Below are positions 52,420 to 63,540 of a stretch of 64,000 nucleotides of DNA, one piece after another; the first letter of the stretch is position 1; each line of letters opens with the position of its first letter. The notes below the pieces were generated by a model. It saw only the letters and a list, made by a program, of their open reading frames with translations, searched no databases and was not told the DNA's origin. This DNA is from Adineta vaga (taxonomy: Eukaryota > Animalia > Rotifera): NCBI GenBank assembly GCA_021613535.1, contig CP075495.1, positions 124,001-188,000 of the forward strand. The letters are read 5' to 3'. A program made the translations under genes and the position numbers.

Positions 52420-53253
52420 AATTCAATCATATTAAGTGTTTATATGATGACTTGAACAAGAAACATATAACGTTAAATGACCAGATTCAATCTTATATAT
52501 TGAATAAACAAATGCATTCTCTTACATCAAAAACGAATAATCATATTGTTGTATGTGATGAAGATGATACCAACATTGTTGACGAAATCATTTCGTTGTC
52601 CAACAATCGTGATGACAACTTGATTAGATCCGATCATTTATGGGCGTATTTATTAAATATTAATCCAACTGCAGCACCAAACTTGAAAAAAATTATTTGT
52701 TATATCTTTTCAATTCCTTGTTCGAATTCTCATGTGGAGTCCATTTTCAGTCATATGAAACAATTATGGTCAGATTATCGTAATCGAATGGACATAAAAC
52801 TAGTTCATGCTGAACTTTCAATAAGAATGAATTCTAACTATTTTTGTGAAGCATTTTATAAACATATTCTGTCTCAAACTGATTTGTTGAAACAAATGCG
52901 AAAAAATACAAAATATTAATAATTATATCGACATGATGTTTTGCGTTTTATTTATTTTTTCTTATAGAATCTCTTTTGACAAAATATTATGTTTTCTAGT
53001 TGGTTTGTTTTTCTCTTTGTGAATTACTTTCAAATTACGTGAAAGCGTTTGAAATTGCGAACATATTTCCATGTATTCTCTATTACCCATCGATACGTTT
53101 GACTTTTGTGTCTCTATATTGAACTGAAATTTCTTTATAAATAAATTATAAATGAACGAACAATATACCAATAAACTATTGAATGACAATATACAAGGAT
53201 AAATTGCATCAACTTACAAAAATCAATGTTTCTGATTTCTTTCTGATTTTGAG

Positions 53254-54438
53254 AAAACAAGTAATGCTCGTCGTGCCGACTCACATAACCCTCGACTGTG
53301 AAGGACGGGTATTTTCAGCTTGACTCAATACGGAGATGAATTGATCTGAAAACTTAAGATACGAGAAAACGGCTTTCATGTTCTTGTTAAAATATGTATC
53401 CACCTTCGAAAACAGAATGTTAACTTTTTTTCGTGAAATAAATTTCATCCAGCACCCTGCTCTATACCCCACCCACAGTTTCACCCAAGTCAAAACCCCC
53501 ACCCATGATTTCACCCACACACATGGTTTCACCCAACACCCAAGTCAACACCCCCACCAATGGTTTCACCCACCACCCCAATCAACATCCCTACCCATGG
53601 TTTCACCCATCGCCCAGCTCGACACCACCACCTATGATTTCATCCAATACCCAGGTCAATACCCGCTCACGATCAGGCGTCCCATCACAGATTTTTTTAT
53701 GTTGACCCTTGACCTTTGATCCTGACACAAACAAATTTACATACAACCTATTTTTTTTCATATGACCCTCCTTACAGTCGAGGGAACTTGCAGAAGTTTT
53801 ATTTCTTTGTCTTTGCAAAATTTCCAAAGATTTAATACGTTTCACTCATTGGATTAGGATTACATTTGACACATGTGAATTTAGCAAATGTATCAATGGG
53901 TATCTCTATTTTTCGCTTTCACTGCATTGAGCTAAGGTAATACATACAATTATTTGTTGTTCTTCTATTACTCCTAAGATCAGTTACAGTTGAATCAAGG
54001 TTGGAACACCCTAGCCACTCCAACTCCGTTCTAACACTACTCCTACCCTTCCGAACCCCACTGCAACTTCATATTCAAAAATAAAAACAAATCAACACCA
54101 ACTAAACACCAAATCTAACTGATATCCTCAACTCAGGGGGGCAAAGCTGCCGATCACCGATTCCATTCACCCACGTCCATACACCAACCCATAGTGTCAC
54201 CCAACACCCCCACTCACGTCCATACACCCTCCAACCCCACCTCGCCTATTCCCCCCACCTCACCCACTCCCCCCTTCACAACTCAGTCCCACTAGACCTA
54301 GACCCATCCTACTATCGGTTTTCAACGTTTGCGGTCATTTAAAAGAAATGTTTTTTTGATCTTTGACCTTTGACCCTGACACAAACAAATTTACATACAA
54401 CCTATTTTTTTTCATATGACCCTCCTTACAGTCGAGGG
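53254..54438 (-). mobile_element. Non-autonomous Helentron (HINE/DINE-1-like)
   Basis: SubTIRs ccctcgactgt (53289-53299) / acagtcgaggg (54428-54438); 3' hairpin gtcg-tgc-cgac (53270-53280); inserted in an A/T run; C/A-rich internal repeats; tgacctttgacc motif. Confidence 0.7.
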
Positions 54439-54646
54439 AAAAAATTCTGATCAATTCTGATTTTTAAAAAAAAAATTTCTGATTTTCAACTTTTTGATCT
54501 GGCCACCCTGGTTTATATATACCAAATAAAACTAATAAAGCATGATGGAGATTTTGTACATCTATAAAATAATCATTTATTCATGACTTCGAATTTTTAA
54601 CTTTTTAACTTTTAAATTATTTTAATATAATCTTTGGTAATTGCAG

Positions 54647-56598
54647 GTAAATCGATTCCAGCTGGTGAAACAACAGTTCGCTCTTTTGCTTATGATCCTA
54701 AGGAAAAATTGATCTTAAGGTCAAATAAAACATGATGAAGCAAATACTTTTTTTTGAAAACGTTAGTTTCATTTTATTTATAAAGTCTTCTATAATGCTA
54801 ATCGTTTAGGGAAATAAATCGGCAAATTCTAATCGAGTTTTTTCGAAAGAAGCCAGTATTGGGTATTTAAAAGGATTCAAAGGACCATGTTTATTTCGTC
54901 AATTAACTCATTTTGATGTATACAGATCTTTTTTATGTGATACTTTACATAACCTGTATCTTGGAATTATGGTAAGGCTCGTTTTGATATCTTATAAGAT
55001 TATCTTAAATTTCAATTAGGCTAAAATATTAAAATTACTTTTATCTAAACTATCACCAAAAGCTGGTATTGCCAATTTAATGAATGTTCGCGACCAAATA
55101 GATGTCATTGCCCAGCAATTTGATAAAATCTCATAACCATTTACAACTTATCGACAGCCAAGAGATATTCGGTTATTCAAAAAGTTCAATGGGAACGAGT
55201 CTAGAATATGTCTTCTTTTTGGTTACTCGTAAGTCTTTTACTTCATAACTTTGTTGTACTATCTATATCTGGTATAGAATATTTGAAAAAACACTTAGCA
55301 AAAAATGCTATACTCATTTGAAAGTTTTGGCTTTTCTAGCTCATATAGTGGAAAGTCAATACTTATCTTGTAAAACACATGAAGATATTCAGTTTCTGGC
55401 TGCATACTTTGACGAAAAATTGCCAATACTCTATAGTGTAAAACAAAGTGTTCTTATATTTCGCTTTAATTATTTATTTCAATATAGAAAAGGCATGTAG
55501 TAGTGATCTGCAAAATGGTCACGGTCACGGTTACGGTCACGCGTGACCGTGATCGTGACCATTTTTTTTATTTCAGTTGAATTATAAATCACTGATAGTA
55601 TTTATTGGATACTTGAAAATTACTATTAGTCAGGAAAAAGACGCCTATAGTAATATTCATTTGATAGATATCGCCACTTACCATCATTGTATTTTAAACT
55701 AAGACTGGGAGTTTTTAAAAACGTGTGATATCTTATAGTTAGTGTTTTGCATGATCCTGATCGTGACCGTGACCGTGACCGATTATATAAGACTGTCCGT
55801 GACCGTGACTGTGACCGTGACTAGATGTTTCGTGACCATATCGTGACCGTGACTAAAAATCGTAGTCACGCATATCTCTAGTACGTAGACATATTTTTTC
55901 AAACAAAATATTTTTGTTTTTTGAAAATAGCATCGTTTCTTCGAACAGTTCATGGAAAATCAACATCAACTGAAGAATTGATAAATAATATTGATTTATA
56001 TCGTCAATCATCACTTCATGCGTCTTCTTCAACTTTTTCAAGAAAAGCCAAAGAGTGCATTTGCCACATTTCTTCAAGGTTTAATTCAATGAGCTTTGTC
56101 GATCTTGATAGTGTGCCTCACATGAAATTTTATCAAACAATTCCGTTATCATCGAATGTCATTTCTTTATGGCCGAATTCAATGGTTTCTAACCGAACCC
56201 TTTATAAAACTCTGTTCCTGAACCAATTAAGATTCAGTGCTGACGATTTTCACACTGTTCGTCGTTCTAATGATGCCTGCATTTTGTATAAGTCAAGCGG
56301 TTATCAATATTCGATTGGTTTTATCATTTGTATTGGTCATTTAGTGACCAAAAATGAAGCATTTTTACTTGTAAACGAAGCGAAAATCTCGTCTAGTGCT
56401 GACACTTTAAGAATTCGAGGAAGAACTTTTAGATGCAGTAATATTATGCAAGGTGCTGTTCTTGCTAATTCAACAACGGTCATCGAGCTATCCCAAATTA
56501 TCCACAAATTAGCTTTCCAGCCAGTGTATGAAAATGATCACAGAACAACGAATTCGTTTATTTTTTTCCAATATCCTAACTTAAAAGAATGCTCCTAG
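54647..56598 (+). pseudogene. EnSpm/CACTA-type transposase, 3' exons, degenerate and MITE-interrupted
   Basis: Acceptor tgcag|GKS.., GFKGPC.F..L.HFD......DTLHNLYLG, PRDI..FKKF.GNE.R, and a 225-aa terminal ORF ending FFQYPNLKECS. Confidence 0.7.
55501..55880. mobile_element. 380-bp hAT-like MITE with (cgtgac)n subterminal repeats
   Basis: TIR tagtgatctgc / gcatatctcta; degenerate 8-bp TSD gcatgtag / gtacgtag. Confidence 0.7.
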
Positions 56599-56989
56599 CT
56601 CATTTATTATTAAAACAAATATTTTAAAGCTAGATTTTCGTTTGATAAGGTAACTTGAACGTTTATAACAAAAAGTTAAATTCCACATGTGATCAGCTTT
56701 TAAGCTGTTTTGGAAATATATACCTGTATGTTCGACTATTAAATAAAGTCAGTAGCTTTTCAGCATAATCTTCTATATGTATATATATATATAATCGAAC
56801 ACAAAAATGTATGTTTTATGATTATTATAATGGTCAAAATGGTTATCTTATGACCTAAATCCATTATAATGCCTTTATCTCTATTACTTAACTGAAAAGA
56901 AACATTTTAATGTTGCGAATGGTGTGCTTATAGAAAACAATGCATTTTAATTTCCATTTTTGCATTTTGAGGTTGATAGAGTGGTTGTC

Positions 56990-59002
56990 AATGAAAATAA
57001 CTTGTTCTAATAAAAATCGATACGATGATGTTCAATTTGAAAATTACCATCTCAGTCGTGATATTTGTTTTTTGACATACCAGAATTCATCAATAGTTTC
57101 AGCAACATACATCATATATTTATGACGAATACGATCTATTTCCACATTAGTTAATAATTTTGGTATTGCTCTACCAACACGAATCATTTGATCAGCTGAA
57201 TCTGGTTTTGTTCTCGATGAAGAATCAAGTACGTTTTAATCTTTCAATAATTTGTTTTTCAATGGAAGGTGTTTTTTCAAGTTATCAGCAATTACATGAT
57301 AGATCATCTTGACTTCATTGAAGAACGTTGTTCGTTCTGCAGCTGATATTTCCCCTAATAATTGGCGTGCTGCTTCTCCTAAATGAAAACTATATTTAAA
57401 AAAAAGAGGAATAAACATGTTGATTGCTTCGAACTCGAGGTCTTGTCAGCATTTCATTAGAGTTTTATTGCAGATTTAACTTATCAATTTGAATCTTTTT
57501 TGTTACTAATTGTATTTCAGCTAGTTTAAAGTCAATATCTAGCAGATCACCACCAATTGCAGATCCAACAGATTCAGCCGTTGAAAATGACAATAAAACA
57601 GTACGATATAAATCACTTAATTCAGAATGAAGTATATGAATAAGTGGTCCTTCCTTTTGAAACCAAGTTAAGAAGCGATCAAAGATCGTTTGACATGAAA
57701 ACAGGATGAAATTAAATCGAAGCTTTGATACTTTCGATGTCAAGACTTCCTTGATATAGTCATAACGAGAATTACTTTCTAAATTTTTTCGTTGTGTTGT
57801 TGGCAAATATACGAGAAAATATTCTTGTAGTACATCAAATTGTTCTAGTAAAAGAATAGAAGGAGTTTACAAAAGAAAAGAAGCTAAAATTCTTTTACTT
57901 ACTGAGAACGCGTTCAATTTCTTTTCCAAATAAAATCCATCTGGTACTTGAAAAATATAACATTGTTTTTTCGATTGTATCATTCAATTCACTAACAATA
58001 TTCTCAAAATCTTCTTGTCGAGCAGATGATTTTTGAAACCACGACCAGACATTCATACAAAAATTATCAATATGCCATTTGGATTCACTCGTACCTGAAA
58101 ATGGCACATAGCATCTTAGATTTTATTATTAATAATAACCATCGTACCTGCTTTAAATCCAATGTGAACAACATGTAAATTACAAGAACCGATATGTAAT
58201 AACTCACCATCAACTTTCTTCATTGCATCATTGATGATTTTTTCTATAGTTTTGTTAATATTTGGATTACCTCGTCCTAACATCAAGAGGTTTTTTATAT
58301 TGATACCATCAGTTGATAAAGCATCGAAAATTTCAGCAGCAACTAGAGTTGCTTGAGCGTGTCCTAGTAAAATTGATCGATAATATCTGGTAACTACAAG
58401 ACCTTTTTTCGGACACCAATATCGAAGCAGCAAATCCAATTGTTTCTTGTTTTGGTTATTTGTTTGTTCATCGAAACAAAGAACGAATCGTTGACAGCTT
58501 TTAACATCTTCAACTAATCGATCACGAAAATACGGCCCAAGACCATGTGAAATAACGTATGACATTTTTGAATGTTGAATTGAAAATTTATCAGCAATAT
58601 TCGAATCTGGAAACATTAATCGAAATAATTCACCGGTCTCGTCTAAATTTTTATAGCTAAATCCATGTTGCACCGACTTGAGAGCCCATAAAATTTCAGC
58701 TTTTGATACTTGATCATCAAACGTCAAAGATTTATTGTGATAATTTAAATGAACTATATCTGTAATTGTAGAAGGTGTTGAGGATGATGGTGATACTGAA
58801 ACATTAAATGTTGAATTATTTTTTAAAGAATTCAACTTTTTTTCCGCCCTTTGTTCGCACAGTCTAGATCGTCAGTATGACATACTGTACAAATAAATAA
58901 TGTTTCTTGTGATCCTTGTTTCAACCATGTTTTTACTAAAGCTCCATTACTATCAAATTTACTTAACCACGATCGATTGAACTTTGTTTTCTGAACAGGC
59001 AT
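56990..59002 (-). pseudogene. Second hAT-type transposase, degenerate; TIRs not found
   Basis: MPVQKTKFNRSWL..CTVC finger; KMSYVISHGLGPYF, CFDEQTN..KQLD, GSCNLHVVH, SSARQEDF, STRW. Confidence 0.8.
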
Positions 59003-59219
59003 TAAATGAATGATTTGATCTAAAAGTACACAAAGTTATCAGGTTGGTATGATATGTATATGATGAGATATGACAACAATACACGACTAAATATGATTAC
59101 ACTTGCTATTTCATATATCTATTGTTTCGTCGAAAGAAAGAAAAATAAAATGAATTATTGGTGATGGCAACGAACAACGATATTATCGTTAAAGAACTGG
59201 AAGTGTTCAATATTTTCTT

Positions 59220-59855
59220 TTTTCAGTTCAACTTCAGAAAAAAGAGGGTGAACTATGTTTCGTCTCAACCTTTCCTAACACCCGCACCCTCAATTACGAA
59301 CACCCTGTCGTTTCATTACAAGCATCCTGTCTTTTTTCTTCTGCTCGGAGTTCGTAATGAAAAGGTGAGACGAAACGTAGTTTCCCCACACAGATATGTC
59401 ACCACCTGTGATTGGTGAGAGATTTTCTCTCCTCACAATGAATTCCCGTCCATGGAACCTACTCCATTCGATGTAAAATTCGATTCTGCATCGATTAGAA
59501 GAAGTTTCGTGGACGGGAAAACGATCTTTCGATAAGATTCAGCCGACCCGATCTTTTTTTCTTTCATAGTCACACATGTGTCACCACCTATGATTGATAT
59601 GGCACTTGCTCTGTTTAGGATGAATTTGGGTGCAATGGGATTATGTGGATTGGGTGGAAAAGAGATGGTAGTAGGTTGGGGAAGGAAAGTTTTCGTGGAA
59701 AGCTTTTTTTTATTATGTTGGACAAAAATTAGGTTTTAGAACTCGAAATTGGTCGTTGGAGTATCATGGAAAGGCTTGATTTGAGTGTGAAATTTCGGAG
59801 CAGTGAAGATTTCTGTAGAAGGCGGTTCCGTTTCATATCGGTAATGTGTCACTAG
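59220..59855. repeat. Possible non-autonomous element
   Basis: Internal inverted pair aactatgtttcgtctca / tgagacgaaacgtagtt, duplicated atgt..caccacct.tgattg motif, ends ...gtgtcactag. Boundaries uncertain. Confidence 0.35.
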
Positions 59856-60051
59856 AAAATGGCGTTACTAAGGAGGTCATCATCCAATTCTTGGCCTTCA
59901 TAATGGTGTTTAATAATTTCGAATTTTTGATTTGTCAAGTTTTTGATCAATAGTATTCCGCTTTTCGTGGTGCTAGCGTTTCGTGGTGCTAGCTTTACAC
60001 TGACGTGTCGAAATTGACAAAAATGTGACACTGCAGTAACAGGAGTTTCTC

Positions 60052-61620
60052 CTAGAACCTTTTCCAATTTTTTGTAATTTCTTTCTCCTGACGCCAATAA
60101 TTTCCAATGCGCTTAATAAGGTCTTTTTCGTGAGGACTGATCGCGAAGACATTTCCTGCGCTACGTAAACAATATACAAAATCTGGGTATCCAGTGTAAT
60201 TACCAGGTTCACGCAGATAGTTTTCGAACCGCGCCAGAGTCGACGACGGCATGTTTTTATTAAGGAGTACGAATTGATTGAACCAAAGAATTTTTCCTGC
60301 TTCATCAAAGTGAACAATTTGTGTACCACAAATACTAGTAGCATCTTCTTTAGATTGCGGCTTGTTCTGGACTTCACCGATTATACCAGTTAACTGTGGA
60401 TCGAATACATAGTCATCACCAATCATTTCCTGGCCCAACCAAAATGTTTCTTTTTCGCCATAAAATATTTTATATGTAACGGACTCTCGCTCGATAAAAG
60501 AGTTCAATTTGCAAGTTAATAAGAGTCCGCAGAAACGTGCAACTTTATCTACAACTACCACCCCGGACTCTTGATTCTCGCGCGATAATCCTGCGAGAAT
60601 ACGGTTTGAATATGATAGGCGTTTGCCCCATGGTCTCGGAAAAAGGCTCGATAACCATTCGATCTTTCTATTATCGGGACCACCTATTGTTCTATCATAG
60701 TAGAAGAGAGCACGTGTTCTTTGATAATCAAGATTATTAAAAAGAATGCAAGGGTCTTGAAGGAAAACAACATCCGCATCCATTAATATAACTTCCGTAA
60801 AACGAGAAAACAGCAGTGCGAAGGGTTTTAGCGCCCAACCCTGTACTTTAACAGATGTATCATTGATTAATTCTTGGATATCTCGCGTCTGAACAGAAAA
60901 CATTTGCTGAAGTCGCTCACGATTTTTGAAGTTGAGGTCGTTCTCCCCATTGTAGAAAACTTCAATTGGGATGTTACAATTGAGAAATCTGAGGAGCCTA
61001 ATATTTGCGGCAGCCATTTCGACTTGTCGGTTTGCAACCGCAACTACTATTCCTTTTCCCTCGAAAGAATGCTTTAAGCTGAGAGCAGATTGATTATGAT
61101 ACAAGATAAAAGGAAATAAACTGCTTTCCAATTTAGAAGTTGCTACAAGAAATTGTTTTATAATTGAAAACATTGTCTTTTTGAGACTATTAGAAGTAGT
61201 TAAATATTCAGTAAGTTCGTGCATTTTCACAATATCGAAAGTCTCTATCAAATTGAATGCATCACGAAATATCCGTGCTTGCTGAAGCAATCTTCTAAAG
61301 TCTTGTGTGGAGGAGGGTGTAATATGCTGCAATAAGATCTTTACATATTCTTTAGTGAGGTTCATAGAGGCAAAGTTGGCCCATCTTGTTTTTAACGCCT
61401 TTGAGCTGTTTAGCATGGCGACTGAATTGGCTTTCAGTGATTTGAGACTAATATTTTTATCCTGATTTAAAATGGTTCCATCATTAAAAAGCAAATGTAT
61501 GGATTTTAAAACGCTGTGAATGCAAAGGAACATGATAAACACTACTATCGTTGTATACCACATGCGTCTGACAGGAATGAATCGAAATAAATTCAAAATT
61601 GAATTTTTAATCACGAACAT
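60052..61620 (-). CDS. Intronless type II membrane alpha-mannosyltransferase (GT71, MNN/MNT-like)
   Basis: N-terminal TM segment; KGIVV, LRFLNCNIPIEVFY, GWALKPFALLFSRF.EVILMDAD (DxD), LFYYDRT, QESGVVVVDK, YGEKETFWLG, CGTQIVH. Confidence 0.9.
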   Translation of the reverse strand: MFVIKNSILNLFRFIPVRRMWYTTIVVFIMFLCIHSVLKSIHLLFNDGTILNQDKNISLKSLKANSVAMLNSSKALKTRWANFASMNLTKEYVKILLQHITPSSTQDFRRLLQQARIFRDAFNLIETFDIVKMHELTEYLTTSNSLKKTMFSIIKQFLVATSKLESSLFPFILYHNQSALSLKHSFEGKGIVVAVANRQVEMAAANIRLLRFLNCNIPIEVFYNGENDLNFKNRERLQQMFSVQTRDIQELINDTSVKVQGWALKPFALLFSRFTEVILMDADVVFLQDPCILFNNLDYQRTRALFYYDRTIGGPDNRKIEWLSSLFPRPWGKRLSYSNRILAGLSRENQESGVVVVDKVARFCGLLLTCKLNSFIERESVTYKIFYGEKETFWLGQEMIGDDYVFDPQLTGIIGEVQNKPQSKEDATSICGTQIVHFDEAGKILWFNQFVLLNKNMPSSTLARFENYLREPGNYTGYPDFVYCLRSAGNVFAISPHEKDLIKRIGNYWRQEKEITKNWKRF

Positions 61621-62356
61621 TTTGTTAATTATTTGTTCATTATTTGTTCATTTCGGACGAATGGTGGACTAAAAACCTTTGTCAAGTAGAACCCAGGCTC
61701 TTCATCGGCACGAGGAGAAGTCTTCCAGCATGAGTGTCACTCTTAAATGGGTTATGCTGTACTTTGTAGAGTTGAACAAATTTTTTTCCGAATATGATTG
61801 TCCCTCAAACCGAACTTCGTTCCGAGCGTTGTAATATACCGTGTCTTCACTAAAGTAATCAAGACAGAACAACTAGATCGTGGACCTAACACTCTTGAAC
61901 TTGATAAATTACTTACAATCATCTTGTGTGTCTTGGAGAGAACGTGGCTGAAAGTTTCAAAATAATGTTCTACTTCTGACACGGGAACATTTTTGGGTGT
62001 ACCCACATAGAGATAGATTCGAATCGTGGTATCTTGTAGACTTATCCATCAATATCTCGGATATGAATATCTTAGCTGACCTCGTACAGATTTGAAAAAA
62101 AGAAAGACACAACTTTTCTGCCTTAGACCCTATTCCACTATTATGTATATGTACTATTCAAATAAGAAAATAAGAGAGTAGTGAGCTAATTTCTCAACTA
62201 TGAAAATAAATCAATTCTATTTATAATTAAGTAAGAAGATACTCGCTCAAAAGATACTATTTAAGTTACTTAATTGCTTAATTAATTAATCGGCGTTGAT
62301 AATTATAACTAGTAGAAGAAGAAGAAGAAGAAGAAGGTGTTTTTTTGTTATTTTTG

Positions 62357-62410
62357 TAGAGTTTATTGACCGGTTTCTGTTAAGTTATTACTTAACGTCA
62401 TCAGAATCTA
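62357..62410 (-). ncRNA. Type I hammerhead ribozyme of the Penelope-like/Athena kind
   Basis: The minus strand reads tagatt-CTGATGA-c-gttaagt(aata)acttaac-a-GAAA-ccg-GTC-aat: full core, 7-bp stem II, palindromic ACCGGT stem III and short stem I. Confidence 0.82.
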
Positions 62411-62578
62411 GAATAGAAAGAAGAATTTCTTTATAATTTATCTAAAACCTTAAACTAAAAAAAGAAACTGGAGGGCCAGAAGGGCCTCTGCCAGTAAGAA
62501 AGACTGAACGGGGACATTGACCTTAAGGACCTCATGTCTCTAAAGAGGCTCGTCGTCGGACAGGTCGAGTTCGGCCAT

Positions 62579-63346
62579 TTAAGTTGCTTCTTGGCCACCA
62601 CTGTTCGGACGGATGTTACTGTTGTAGATGATCATGGTGGATAGATGCTGGCGTGGTGAAGGGTTGATTGCTGCTCCACCATCCTCCTCTTCGATACTGT
62701 TATCCACCACCTCTGATGCTGCAGATGATGTTGATGGTGGTGTTATTGTTGGTGGTGTAGGTGCTAGAGGATGATGGAGTTCACGCACCCGCTCCCGTCT
62801 CTCTCGTCTATCAACCGTCCTCATACTACCGGCTCCAGCCACAGCTGGTTCTGTACGAACCAGAGGGTTGTGCCGGTGTAGTCGGGTTGTCTCCGGTCTC
62901 CTCATCACACTGGTATGCGTGCTCCTGGGTCGACGAATGTTCCCATTCTCGCTTGAAGCATTGCGACCAGAGTGATGATAGCCGTAGCCGATGGCTCCCA
63001 CCGCCTGTCTTCTCTCCGTCAGTAGGTAGTCCATAAGACTACCTCTTCCTTCCTGAACCCCTTGCGGCCTATTGGCCACAAAGAATTCACCATTAGGCAC
63101 CCACATCGCCTCTCCCGTCCTTTCACACATGTACCGGCAGTAGAACCCATCACTGTTCGAGTGGTTCATCGCAGCCCGTCGCCATATAGTTGATGGAGGA
63201 CCGCCAACACGAGGACCGGACAAACCACCTCGAACAGCCTCTGGTGAAAACGTTCCTGAGAAAGGGGTCAGAGTTCTAAAGACCACATCGCTCACTTCTC
63301 GATCACTACTTCGCACTGGAGTTGAACTGTTAGTTGTACTAGACAT
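62579..63346 (-). CDS. Unknown 255-aa R/S/P-rich protein, probably an accessory ORF of a Penelope-like/Terminon unit
   Basis: GC-rich ORF whose ATG directly follows a tttttttctag acceptor; hammerhead and AATAAA lie ~170-215 bp downstream. No recognisable domain. Confidence 0.55.
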   Translation of the reverse strand: MSSTTNSSTPVRSSDREVSDVVFRTLTPFSGTFSPEAVRGGLSGPRVGGPPSTIWRRAAMNHSNSDGFYCRYMCERTGEAMWVPNGEFFVANRPQGVQEGRGSLMDYLLTERRQAVGAIGYGYHHSGRNASSENGNIRRPRSTHTSVMRRPETTRLHRHNPLVRTEPAVAGAGSMRTVDRRERRERVRELHHPLAPTPPTITPPSTSSAASEVVDNSIEEEDGGAAINPSPRQHLSTMIIYNSNIRPNSGGQEAT

Positions 63347-63540
63347 CTAGAAAAAAATGAGAAATTATTAGTTTCACGAGTATATACAGCAACATTTAAA
63401 TAAACAGTTCAAAATCACAAAACAACCAAGCCCTTACACATAAGATCGGCTCACTTCAAAGAAGGAGACTTGGTATTGCTACCATGTTCTGTATACCAGA
63501 ACGATCTTATACCAACTGTCAAAAACGACAACTTTATATA
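63347..63540 (-). promoter_or_regulatory. Putative TATA box and 5'-UTR intron of the 255-aa ORF
   Basis: tatataaag on the minus strand (~63532-63540), donor gtaagg (~63437), acceptor ag at 63348-63347. Confidence 0.45.

Larger units (their letters stand above)
47838..52919 (+). pseudogene. hAT transposase; first codons at 30345-30372, remainder split by three insertions
   Basis: BED-like finger CKSC...H....H, SVDASNK, GADNANVNFG, CHVLH, TRWLSL, and C-terminal IPCSNSHVESIFS..WSDYRNRM dimerisation motif. Confidence 0.9.
29955..54510 (+). mobile_element. hAT DNA transposon inflated to 24.6 kb by nested insertions
   Basis: Perfect 15-bp TIR cagggtggccagatc / gatctggccaccctg and perfect 8-bp TSD gtttatat (29947-29954, 54511-54518). 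Confidence 0.95.

Noticed and set aside
51821-52432. 13-bp TSD (aattcaatcatat) for the 591-bp MITE
   Set aside because: It leaves unpaired bases at the right end. The 8-bp reading makes both TIRs equidistant from the ends. Some ambiguity remains.
53450-54300. C/A-rich repeats as telomeric repeats
   Set aside because: Irregular, not a tandem hexamer, and enclosed in the HINE-like element.
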